NCBI GenBank assembly: GCA_944389385.1
Contig: CALXMC010000004.1
Span: 77,014 to 141,013, forward strand
Reading direction: 5' to 3'
DNA length: 64,000 bases
DNA from: an uncultured Alphaproteobacteria bacterium
GTDB taxonomy: Bacteria > Pseudomonadota > Alphaproteobacteria > Rs-D84
The notes under the pieces were generated by a model. It was not told the origin of the DNA. It saw only the letters and a list, made by a program, of their open reading frames with translations, and made no database searches. This document shows, one piece after another, positions 55,821-64,000 of this stretch (position 1 is its first letter; each line of letters opens with the position of its first letter). The position numbers and the translations under genes were made by a program.

Positions 55821-57876
55821 ATTCTGCCAAAGTACCGACAGACATAGTTATTCTGCGAATACCGCTGCTGATGGATTTTTCTTTGTTAACACGTGCATGC
55901 AGTATTTCACCTGTGTGATATACATGTGTTCCGCCACATAATTCACAAGATATGTCGCCGGCGGTAATAACTTTGACTACATCGCCATATTTTTCGCCGA
56001 ATAATGCCATTGCACCGCGCTTTTTTGCGTCGTCGATGGACATTTCTTCGTGTGCGACAGGCATATCGTCTGCAATCCATTTATTAACCAAATCTTCGAC
56101 GGCTTGTTTTTCTTCGGCGGTCATCGCGCGACCAAACGAAAAGTCAAACCGCACAGAATCTGGCGACACTTTGGAACCGCGTTGTTCAACATCGGTATTC
56201 AATACTTGACGCAGTGCGGCCTGTAATAAATGCGTGGCGGTGTGTGCACGTGCAGTTTGCATACGTGTGTTCGTGTTGATTTTTGTTGTTACTGTATCGC
56301 CAACGGACAAACCGTTTGTCAATACGCCTTTGTGAATAACGACGTTATCGACACGTGCGGCCTCGGTCACGGTCATAACTGTTTCGCCATTACGCACGAT
56401 TTCACCGGCATCACCAACCTGGCCACCCTGGGTGCCGTAAAAGTTTGTTTTGTCCAACGCAACCTCGACTTCATCACCAGATTTTGCAGATTGCACAAAT
56501 TCGCCATTATGTAAAATCGCCAATACATTCGATTGTAAATTTTCATCTGGCGCGTATTTATATGAATCATCGGTCGCCGGCAAATCGGTTTGCGATTCCC
56601 ACAGTGTCCGTGTACCTTTGGTGTTGGCGCGACTACGTTCTTTTTGCTCGGCCATGGCGCGTTCGAAACCTGCGACATCAACGTCCATATTTTTATCGCG
56701 CAAAATCATCTGGGTTAAATCCAATGGGAAACCGTATGTGTCAAATAATTTGAACGCGATTTCACCGGGTAAAACCCCATTTTGCACACGTGGAATTTCG
56801 ACATCCAATAACTTCATTCCGTTTTGCAACAAATCCGCAAAGGCATTTTCTTCATTTTGAATAATTTCGACAACGTGTGCTTGCTCGCGCGCAAGTTCTG
56901 GATATGCGTCGCCCATTTCAGTCACCAGTGCAGGGTACAACTTTGACAGCAACGCCCCACGATGCCCCAGTATTTGCCCGTGACGCATCGCGCGCCGCAG
57001 TATGCGACGGATAACATACCCGCGGTCTGTGTTGCTGGGAATAACGCCATCTGCAATTGCGAAACCAACCGCACGCAGGTGGTCGGCGATAACTTTGAAT
57101 GACGGTGTGTTTTCATCTGTACGTTTTACACCGACAATATCCTGGGTTGCGTTCATTAAATTTGTAAACAAATCAGTGTCATAATTATCAACTTTGCCCT
57201 GTAATATTGCGGCCCAGCGTTCTAATCCTGCGCCTGTATCAACATTTTGCTTTGGCAAAGGTGTTAAATTACCGTTTGCATCACGATCGTATTGCATGAA
57301 TACATCGTTCCAGATTTCCACCCAACGATCGTCTTCGTTTTCAATATCGTCCCCAAAATCATAGAATATTTCTGTGCATGGGCCGCATGGACCTGTATCG
57401 CCCGCCGACCACCAGTTGTCTTTGTCGCCCATACGAATGGCTTCTTTACCTGCAACGCGACGCCATATTTCAGTGGATTCTTCGTCGCTTTCGTGTGTGG
57501 TTACGCGCATGCGGGCGGGATCTAATTTCAGTACATTGGTTAATAAATCCCACGACATCTCGATTGCGCCAGATTTGAAATAATCGCCAAAAGACCAATT
57601 GCCCAACATTTCAAAGAAAGTATGATGACGTCCATCAAATCCAACTTCGTCCAAATCGTTGTGTTTGCCACCTGCGCGGATACATTTTTGCACATCGGCA
57701 ACACGCGGTGCGAACGCAGGTTCAGTTCCCTGTAAAATACCCTTCCACGGAACCATGCCGGCGACTGTAAACAACAATGTCGGGTCATTTGGTATCAGCG
57801 ATGCAGACGGTACTATTTTATGTCCGTGTGATTCAAAATAATCCAAAAACACTTTGCGTATATCATTGTATTTCAT
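55819..57876 (-). CDS. alaS: alanine--tRNA ligase, short form ending after the editing domain
   Basis: MKYNDIRKVFLDYFESHGHKIVPSASLIPNDPTLLFTVAGM N-terminus. Editing-domain motifs HTATHLL and CGGTHV are present. The CDS stops about 45 aa after CGGTH (685 aa total). Confidence 0.9.
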   Translation of the reverse strand: MKYNDIRKVFLDYFESHGHKIVPSASLIPNDPTLLFTVAGMVPWKGILQGTEPAFAPRVADVQKCIRAGGKHNDLDEVGFDGRHHTFFEMLGNWSFGDYFKSGAIEMSWDLLTNVLKLDPARMRVTTHESDEESTEIWRRVAGKEAIRMGDKDNWWSAGDTGPCGPCTEIFYDFGDDIENEDDRWVEIWNDVFMQYDRDANGNLTPLPKQNVDTGAGLERWAAILQGKVDNYDTDLFTNLMNATQDIVGVKRTDENTPSFKVIADHLRAVGFAIADGVIPSNTDRGYVIRRILRRAMRHGQILGHRGALLSKLYPALVTEMGDAYPELAREQAHVVEIIQNEENAFADLLQNGMKLLDVEIPRVQNGVLPGEIAFKLFDTYGFPLDLTQMILRDKNMDVDVAGFERAMAEQKERSRANTKGTRTLWESQTDLPATDDSYKYAPDENLQSNVLAILHNGEFVQSAKSGDEVEVALDKTNFYGTQGGQVGDAGEIVRNGETVMTVTEAARVDNVVIHKGVLTNGLSVGDTVTTKINTNTRMQTARAHTATHLLQAALRQVLNTDVEQRGSKVSPDSVRFDFSFGRAMTAEEKQAVEDLVNKWIADDMPVAHEEMSIDDAKKRGAMALFGEKYGDVVKVITAGDISCELCGGTHVYHTGEILHARVNKEKSISSGIRRITMSVGTLAE

Positions 57877-57930
57877 TGTAATATCCCTTTGCATAAAATG
57901 TTAAAAATGTTTGTTTATAAAAGTATAAAT

Positions 57931-58746
57931 TTAATCATCTTGCCCCGACGGGGCCGCCGCCAAAATCTCATGAAAAGCCTGATTACACTTATCGATTATG
58001 TCACGCATATATTTATCCTGATTCCGCGCGGGCTTGCGAATACGGTTATATTTTATATGCGGGGTATCCAAATCGCATTTGATATAGTTTACTTTATTCA
58101 TGTAAATCGGTACAGCGTTTGGATTTTTTTCACGCGCCAACATATTAACCATATTCCACATTATTGCGTCAATTGGCGGCACAAAATTCAGCCCCGAAAC
58201 GATGCGTGATACCGCATTTGTTGCAGGTTCCTGAATTTTCAGTAATTCAAACAAAATGCTTGCCCGTACGGGCGTCCCCGCCAACCCCAGATGCGGTCGC
58301 AACAAAATAACATTTTCGTCATCTGGACACACGTCAGTCGGGTTTTCCATCGCGCGCAGCAAATCAGACACCCTGTGACGCAACACGATTGCGTTTTGGA
58401 TTACCGCAAAATTATCGTCGGACACATTTGGTATGTCTGCGTCAATTAAAATATCGTCATCATCACAAAATATAAACCAATTAGGTTGCAAATTGCGGGC
58501 CGCATTAACGATTTCCATACGTGCGCGAAATTCGCCAATATTTTCATCTGAATTTATTACCTGTAAATCCCCACAGTACCCCAATTTGCGAATTTGTCGG
58601 CGTGTGATGGTGGTTGTCGGATTGTCGTTAAAAATAATCAAATGAAATTTCTGACGAATTCGCCCGATTGCAGGCACAGAAATCCGCAACATTGTATTAT
58701 CAAATGTTGTTAATCCAATGACAATATCGCTTTTTTTGTGCATCAT
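57931..58746 (-). CDS. putative GT-A fold glycosyltransferase
   Basis: IVIGLTTFDN...FHLIIFNDNP...FCDDDD (DxD-like). The assignment is weak. Confidence 0.35.
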   Translation of the reverse strand: MMHKKSDIVIGLTTFDNTMLRISVPAIGRIRQKFHLIIFNDNPTTTITRRQIRKLGYCGDLQVINSDENIGEFRARMEIVNAARNLQPNWFIFCDDDDILIDADIPNVSDDNFAVIQNAIVLRHRVSDLLRAMENPTDVCPDDENVILLRPHLGLAGTPVRASILFELLKIQEPATNAVSRIVSGLNFVPPIDAIMWNMVNMLAREKNPNAVPIYMNKVNYIKCDLDTPHIKYNRIRKPARNQDKYMRDIIDKCNQAFHEILAAAPSGQDD

Positions 58747-58833
58747 GTGACAGATTGTAAATAAAACTTTATAAAATTGCAATCAGTTACTTAAATATGA
58801 TATAATAAACACAAAGATTTTGCAGGGAATAAA

Positions 58834-59310
58834 ATGAAACCGTTAATGTTGTTTGCAATTGTGGTGTTGGTGGCGATAGTAATTGTTGTATCGTTTGGGT
58901 TGCAATTGGAACCGTCTGCACCGATTGAATTTGCATCCGACGCGGCGGCAAATGTATTATATGTCTGTCCGGGCACCAGTGCATTTTTCGACAATTTCGC
59001 CAATAACCTGCAACCTGTGCACCATATTTTAATAATTGTGTTGTTTGCCGTCATTATGTTGTTGGCATTCAGTTGGGGGTGGGCACTGTATCAAAATTTG
59101 TTAAACGATTCATTCAAACGTGACACATTCAAAAAACCGTGGCGGTTAACGAAATGGACATTTTGGTGTGCGGTTATTGCGTTACTGTTCGTTATGACGC
59201 CAAATTATTTTCGCAGTGTACAGGTTGACGGTTTGAACGGCGAATATGTTTTATGTGAATATAACAGCCCAAATGTCAGGGCTGTTCCCGCGGAATCTGT
59301 TCATAATTAA
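58834..59310 (+). CDS. hypothetical membrane protein
   Basis: Several hydrophobic helices. No family recognised. Confidence 0.4.
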   Translation: MKPLMLFAIVVLVAIVIVVSFGLQLEPSAPIEFASDAAANVLYVCPGTSAFFDNFANNLQPVHHILIIVLFAVIMLLAFSWGWALYQNLLNDSFKRDTFKKPWRLTKWTFWCAVIALLFVMTPNYFRSVQVDGLNGEYVLCEYNSPNVRAVPAESVHN

Positions 59311-59549
59311 CGGCGCAAGTTTATTTTTTGTCAAATTTATAAAATTTCAGCAAAAATAAATATACTCTTGACTTAAATGCCCGAATTCTCTACGATTCGG
59401 ATAAGCAGTACAGGCAATGTCCGTGGAATACAAAGGATTGCGAAAATCGTGTAACCAAAAACGGCGTATATCTGCGGTCTTTGATTTCACAGACATTGCC
59501 TTGGGACTGCCGGACACCTTATATAAATTTATATGAAAGGAGAAACACA

Positions 59550-59822
59550 ATGAACAAACAGCAATTGATCGAAGCAATCGCAAACGAAGTCGAAGTTACC
59601 AAAGCAACAGCGGCGGCATGCTTGGACGCATTCATCAACACAGTTACAAAAGTTTTGAAAAAGAAAGGCGAAGTTCGCTTGGTTGGCTTTGGCACATTCA
59701 CAACTGCTAAACGCAAAGCTACAACTGGCCGCAATCCTCAGACTGGCGCTGCGATTAAGATTCCATCTTCTACCCAGCCTAAATTTAAGCCAGGTAAAGC
59801 ATTGAAAGATGCGTTGAATTAA
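59550..59822 (+). CDS. hupB: HU family DNA-binding protein
   Basis: MNKQQLIEAIA...VRLVGFGTFTTAKRKATTGRNPQTGAAIKIPSSTQPKFKPGKALKDALN is canonical HU. RBS aaaggag. Confidence 0.92.
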   Translation: MNKQQLIEAIANEVEVTKATAAACLDAFINTVTKVLKKKGEVRLVGFGTFTTAKRKATTGRNPQTGAAIKIPSSTQPKFKPGKALKDALN

Positions 59823-59826
59823 AGAA

Positions 59827-59850
59827 ACGGGGCAACGCCCCGTTTTTTTT
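59827..59850 (+). terminator. rho-independent terminator after HU gene
   Basis: acggggc-aac-gccccgt followed by a T-run. Confidence 0.75.
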
Positions 59851-59862
59851 GTTACTCGTAAC

Positions 59863-60359
59863 TCCCTTGTCATTGCGAAGGATCGCGAAACGTTGAAAAC
59901 GTTGTCGTACGACTGTGGCAATCCAGTTATAATATGTCTGCGGGCGAATGCCCGCAGTACTTTTTTTATTTACTGGATCGCCACGCTCCGCTCCCGATGA
60001 CAAAGGGGACTAAGTGCCCAATCCCACACTTCCTTTGTCATTCCCGCGCAGGCGGGAATAAGGTCTATTAAATTCATATCGCGGATTGCGGGTGAATAAA
60101 AAATATAACGCTGAATTATTCCCAAAATTAAATAATTATTAACAACCCAAGCCCTATTCCCGCCTTCGCGGGAATGACAAGGGATTAAGTACCTAATCCT
60201 GCACTCTCTAACCACCCCGGCGGCAAGCCGCCACCCCTCCAACGGAGGGGAACTTAGTCCGTAACGGCAACATAACAAGTTCCTCATCTAGCGGAGGGAT
60301 GGCACGATACCGGGCCCCGCGAAAATGCAATTTTCGTGGGTGGTTGTGGCGGGGTGGTT
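59863..60359. repeat. mosaic of three MITE-like GC-rich palindromic repeat elements
   Basis: Element 1 (59863-60009) has ends tcccttgtcattgcga.../...gatgacaaagggga and an internal hairpin ctgcgggc-gaa-tgcccgcag. Element 2 (60031-60184) has ~33-bp inverted ends containing ATTCCC-N8-GGGAAT. Element 3 (60204-60359) has ends aaccaccccg/cggggtggtt. Confidence 0.75.
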
Positions 60360-60406
60360 TGTTATACGAAGCCTCGGCGAAGGGTGGTCTATCACGAATA
60401 ACCGAC

Positions 60407-61126
60407 CTAGCGTTGTCTGTCACAGATGTTTTCAATTGGAATTATTGCGGCGGGCGTCGGACCCATTTGCCCATTATAATGACTGGTCGTATTTTGATTA
60501 TACGGTTTGCGCGCGCCTGTAAATTCTTCGTAATAAATTTGTCCGATGCGCATATCTGGATACACCACGGTTGGATACAGTGTTTTTATTTCCAAAGTCC
60601 ATTGCCCACAAAAACCATCATCGCCACGACCCGCCGTATGATGATTTAATATAAAATTGCGTCCGACCGAAGATTTTCCGTCAATATACGGGAACAGATT
60701 GTACGTTTCAGTATATTCCACCGTATGTCCCAAATATCCAATCGCAGGTGACAAAATCACCCCATGATTTGGGATTTCCAGTTCAGTCGTTTTGTGTGAT
60801 TCTGCATCGCACGGATCCAGTAAAAATCGTGGATTACGTGGATCGTATTTTTCAGGATATTTGCGATATTCCAAATAAGCACTGTAATCCCAGAACCAAT
60901 CGCGCATAGAATACACGCGTCCCTTGTGATATTCCAGTGCGGGATACATGCCATACGGCAAAGTATTTTTATAAATCTTTAATTGTTTGCCCAGATGCAG
61001 GTCGTAACTGTTGCTGCCCAAACATTTTTCATCAAATGGCGTAATTGTTATATCGGGCTTTCCATCGGGATTATGTGGATTTTGTAATTGCATGCGTCGC
61101 AAAATTTCGGGGCCGGTCAGTTGCAT
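60407..61126 (-). CDS. dcd: dCTP deaminase family protein
   Basis: ITPFDEKCLGSNSYDLHLG and HHTAGRGDDGFCGQWTLEIKTL...RIGQIYY fit the dUTPase-fold Dcd motifs. Confidence 0.75.
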   Translation of the reverse strand: MQLTGPEILRRMQLQNPHNPDGKPDITITPFDEKCLGSNSYDLHLGKQLKIYKNTLPYGMYPALEYHKGRVYSMRDWFWDYSAYLEYRKYPEKYDPRNPRFLLDPCDAESHKTTELEIPNHGVILSPAIGYLGHTVEYTETYNLFPYIDGKSSVGRNFILNHHTAGRGDDGFCGQWTLEIKTLYPTVVYPDMRIGQIYYEEFTGARKPYNQNTTSHYNGQMGPTPAAIIPIENICDRQR

Positions 61127-61239
61127 AGTTATAAATCCTTTTATATGACTGATTCCTCTCCGACGTGGATTCTACAATACATCCATTCATTTGCAAGATT
61201 TTTATTCACTTTTGTTTTTGGTGTGCTATTGTACGGGAT

Positions 61240-62133
61240 ATGGAAAACACATACTCTGGATTTGTGGCCATTGTTGGCCCGACTAATGCGGGTAAAAGTA
61301 CCCTGATTAACCAAATTATGGGGCGCAAAGTATCCATCGTTTCGCATAAAGTGCAAACGACGCGGACTAATTTGCGTGCGGTAAAAATGGTGGATAATCG
61401 GCAGTTGATTTTTGTCGATACGCCTGGAATTTTTCGCCCGTCGCGCCGATTGGATCGGGCTATGGTGGGTGCCGCCATGGATGCGACATCTGATGCAGAT
61501 GCCATATTGTTGGTGATTGACGCACAAAAGGGCATAACCGATACAGTGCGCGGATTGGTTGAAAAAATCCGCGATCATAAAAATCTGTTTGTCGCATTGA
61601 ACAAGGTTGATGCCGTACCCAAAACCGAATTATTGCCAATAACGGCAGAAATAAATGAATTGGCGCACCCGCGTGAAATATTTATGATTTCCGCGCTGAA
61701 AAACGACGGTGTGGATGAAATGTTACGCGCGTTGGCGGCCGTTATGCCGGCCGGGCCTTATTTGTTTGAAGCGCACGATGCAACGGACGTGCCGGATAAT
61801 TTGTATTTGGCGGAATTAACGCGGGAAAAGATTTATAAATATATTCATCAGGAATTACCATATCACATAAACGTGGTGACTGAACGCGTTGATGTTGCTG
61901 ATGATGGCGTGTTGGATATATATCAAAAAATCGCTGTGCGCAGCGACGCGCATAAAAAAATTGTAATTGGACGCGCGGGTGCGCAATTAAAGAAAATTGG
62001 AACTGCCGCCCGTCATGATATTCAAGACCAATGGGGCGTGAATGCGCGCCTGCATTTATTTGTGCGCGTTGAACCAAATTGGGAAGATGTATCTGAAAAT
62101 TACGAAGACCAAGGATTGGAATTTAAGAAATAA
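61240..62133 (+). CDS. era: GTPase Era
   Basis: GFVAIVGPTNAGKSTLIN (G1), DTPG (G3), NKVD (G4) and a C-terminal KH domain. Start is the internal ATG at 61240. Confidence 0.92.
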   Translation: MENTYSGFVAIVGPTNAGKSTLINQIMGRKVSIVSHKVQTTRTNLRAVKMVDNRQLIFVDTPGIFRPSRRLDRAMVGAAMDATSDADAILLVIDAQKGITDTVRGLVEKIRDHKNLFVALNKVDAVPKTELLPITAEINELAHPREIFMISALKNDGVDEMLRALAAVMPAGPYLFEAHDATDVPDNLYLAELTREKIYKYIHQELPYHINVVTERVDVADDGVLDIYQKIAVRSDAHKKIVIGRAGAQLKKIGTAARHDIQDQWGVNARLHLFVRVEPNWEDVSENYEDQGLEFKK

Positions 62134-63722
62134 TGTTGCACACATCAGATTTTGATTTTGAATTGCCGCCTGAATTGATCGCGTCGCACCCGTTGGCCGC
62201 GCGCGATGCGTCACGTATGCTGGTGGTAATGCCGTCGCATTCTGGCACAGGGGACAATGTGGTCAGAGATACCGCAAATTATAAAACATTGCCATTTAAT
62301 CCAAAATTGTTGGAACGCGCACGTGAGTTACGTAAATCAAGCAGTTTGCCAGAAGCCTTGTTGTGGCGTGAAATCAGTGGAAAAAAATTAAATGGATTGG
62401 ATTTTGACCGTCAAAAAATAATTGGAAATTATATAGTGGATTTTTTTTGCGCGTCGCAATTTGTGGTAATAGAGATTGACGACAAATCGACACACGATAA
62501 CAAAGTTAAATATGATATAAAGCGTGATAAATATTTACATGATTTGGGATTAACGGTAATTCATATTCCTGCATCGGATGTATTGAAAAATCCACACGAC
62601 GTCTTTATCGGGCTCTCTAACCACCCCGGGCTTGACCACCCACGCGACACATCGCGCGGGGCCCGGTGTCGCCCACCCCTCCAACGGAGGGGAACTTATC
62701 CCGCGACGGAAACGCACCAAGTTCCCCTCTGCGGAGGGGTGCCGCGAAGCGGCGGGGTGGTCATGGGCGATTACGTCACGTTGTCCGATAAACATATTCG
62801 GGATTTTGTGGATTATCTGCAACCAGGCGACGTTGTGGTGTTCAATAATTCACGTGTAATTCCAGCGCGTTTTAATGCGACTGATTCACACGGTGCGTCG
62901 CACGAAATCACATTGCACACGGCGGTAAATGATAAAGTTTGGTGGGGGCTGTGCAAAAAGTTTAATAAAATCCCGTTGGGCGAAATTCTGACAATGGATG
63001 ATGGCACAACCGCGCATGTATTGGACAAAAACGACGACAGCGGATTAAAAATTGAATTTAATTGCGATAATGTTTTTGCTGTGTTGGACGCAGTGGGTAA
63101 AATGCCATTGCCGCCATATATGAAGCGCGATGCGGAAACATCTGACCGCGAACGTTATCAAACGGTATATGCGGACCCCATTGGTTCAATGGCTGCGCCC
63201 ACGGCCGGTTTGCATTTTACGCCAGAACTGATGAATGAAATCGAACGCCGTGGTGCGAAAACGGTAAAAATAACCCTGCATGTTGGTGCGGGTACTTGGA
63301 TGCCGGTAAAAACCGAAAATCTGAACGAACATAAAATGCACAGCGAATGGTGCTGTATCACCCCGGCTCAGGCCGACATAATAAACAACGCAAAACGCGT
63401 AATTGCGGTTGGAACAACGTCTATGCGCACACTGGAAAGTGCGGCAATTGACAACTGTAAATTAGCGGAATTTGCGCGATGCAAGCGCATAGTCCCAATT
63501 TGTCGCAGTACGGATATTTTTATTACACCGGGCTATAATTTTCGTGCGGTTGATGTGTTGCTGACTAATTTTCATTTGCCAAAATCAACACTGTTTATGT
63601 TGGTTTCGGCGTTCAGTGGTCTGGACGAAATGAAGACCGCATACGCGCACGCCGTGGCGGAAAAATATCGATTCTTCTCGTACGGGGATTGCTGTTTATT
63701 ATTCAAAAAAGGGGACGCATAA
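62133..63722 (+). CDS. queA: S-adenosylmethionine:tRNA ribosyltransferase-isomerase QueA carrying a ~178-aa in-frame insertion
   Basis: QueA N-terminus [26 protein letters not shown], then after the insert [17 protein letters not shown]...PLPPYM...YQTVYA...TAGLHFT...[11 protein letters not shown]...[10 protein letters not shown]...YRFFSYGD. The ORF is 529 aa, or about 351 aa without the insert. Confidence 0.85.
   Translation: MLHTSDFDFELPPELIASHPLAARDASRMLVVMPSHSGTGDNVVRDTANYKTLPFNPKLLERARELRKSSSLPEALLWREISGKKLNGLDFDRQKIIGNYIVDFFCASQFVVIEIDDKSTHDNKVKYDIKRDKYLHDLGLTVIHIPASDVLKNPHDVFIGLSNHPGLDHPRDTSRGARCRPPLQRRGTYPATETHQVPLCGGVPRSGGVVMGDYVTLSDKHIRDFVDYLQPGDVVVFNNSRVIPARFNATDSHGASHEITLHTAVNDKVWWGLCKKFNKIPLGEILTMDDGTTAHVLDKNDDSGLKIEFNCDNVFAVLDAVGKMPLPPYMKRDAETSDRERYQTVYADPIGSMAAPTAGLHFTPELMNEIERRGAKTVKITLHVGAGTWMPVKTENLNEHKMHSEWCCITPAQADIINNAKRVIAVGTTSMRTLESAAIDNCKLAEFARCKRIVPICRSTDIFITPGYNFRAVDVLLTNFHLPKSTLFMLVSAFSGLDEMKTAYAHAVAEKYRFFSYGDCCLLFKKGDA
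62229..62762 (+). mobile_element. in-frame insert in queA: DUF559 (Vsr-like endonuclease) domain + palindromic repeat element
   Basis: [60 protein letters not shown]...[16 protein letters not shown] matches the DUF559 pattern. 62613-62761 is a copy of repeat element 3 (a 17-mer and a 26-mer identical to 60204-20 and 60231-56). Confidence 0.75.
62613..62761. repeat. second copy of GC-rich palindromic element 3 (inside queA ORF)
   Basis: ctctctaaccaccccgg (62613-29) and ccacccctccaacggaggggaactta (62673-98) are identical to the intergenic copy. Terminal inverted ends are aaccaccccg/cggggtggt. Confidence 0.8.
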
Positions 63723-64000
63723 TGTCGTTAAAGTTTACATTATTGGCAACGGATGGTGGTGCGCGTCGTGGCGCGGTGGAAACCGCGCATGGGACTTTTC
63801 AAACGCCCGCTTTTATGGCGGTGGGCACGGCTGCCACGGTCAAGGCATTAACTATGGATATGGTTGCCGCCACGGGTACCCAGGTTATTTTGGGCAATAC
63901 ATATCATTTAATGATGCGCCCCGGTGGTGATTTGGTTGAAAAAATGGGCGGACTGCATAAATTCAGCGGTTGGCATGGACCGATATTAACCGACAGTGGC
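63722..64000 (+). CDS. tgt: queuine tRNA-ribosyltransferase (partial, continues past window)
   Basis: [43 protein letters not shown]...[11 protein letters not shown]. The start overlaps the queA stop (TAATG). Confidence 0.9.
   Translation, partial: MSLKFTLLATDGGARRGAVETAHGTFQTPAFMAVGTAATVKALTMDMVAATGTQVILGNTYHLMMRPGGDLVEKMGGLHKFSGWHGPILTDSG

Noticed and set aside
60031-60184. ATTCCC-N8-GGGAAT cores resemble Neisseria dRS3 repeats, hinting at Neisseria origin
   Set aside because: The resemblance is only in the short palindrome form. The surrounding gene content and repeat context do not fit Neisseria, so I treat it as convergent palindromic architecture.
62229-62762. Possible intein in queA
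   Set aside because: There is no Cys/Ser/Thr nucleophile at the N-terminal junction, no His-Asn plus Cys/Ser/Thr at the C-terminal junction, and no Hint-fold blocks. The insert is a DUF559 domain plus a repeat element.

Overview
This window looks like an AT-rich Gram-negative chromosome. The gene content (BP26/SIMPL protein, RNase J, long acidic RpoZ, era-queA-tgt) suggests an alphaproteobacterial, endosymbiont-like organism, but that cannot be verified from the sequence alone. The housekeeping backbone carries an M23 peptidase, bamD, murJ, rlpA, lemA, rpsD, trpS, a Xer recombinase, the mtaB-dacA-holB-tatD-smpB operon, rpoZ, lysS, csp, rnj, alaS, HU, dcd and era-queA-tgt. A genomic island of about 26.7 kb, visibly more AT-rich, interrupts this backbone at the 3' end of tRNA-Ser(GGA) (15995-16085). 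A 17-bp perfect direct repeat (25 bp with 2 mismatches) bounds it at 16067-16083 and 42785-42801. Island cargo, left to right:
- a large serine recombinase with a DUF2924/DUF5681 module driven by three paralogous promoters;
- an orphan nucleoside-phosphorylase-like gene;
- an 8-gene translationally coupled type I R-M operon with three embedded unknown ORFs and a YgjP-type peptidase;
- a DUF2779 pseudogene fragment and hipBA;
- a 5-gene S66-NUDIX-ASCH-APH-S51 operon;
- an Hsp70-NBD-like ATPase;
- a 1524-aa GHKL...DUF3883 giant gene bracketed by a perfect 34-bp direct repeat;
- an ABC-F ATPase;
- an iteron-like repeat cluster plus tRNA-derived fragments next to attR.
A block of orphan genes (42.9-50 kb) lies to the right of the island. 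Other notable points are an in-frame insertion of about 534 bp (DUF559 endonuclease domain plus GC-rich palindromic repeat) inside queA, and a mosaic of MITE-like palindromic repeats downstream of HU that shares a family with the queA insert. There is also an AlaRS that ends right after the editing domain, a divergent RelA/SpoT-fold ORF after lysS, and a metallothionein-like/EF-hand membrane protein. I recognised no rRNA, CRISPR array or IS transposase.
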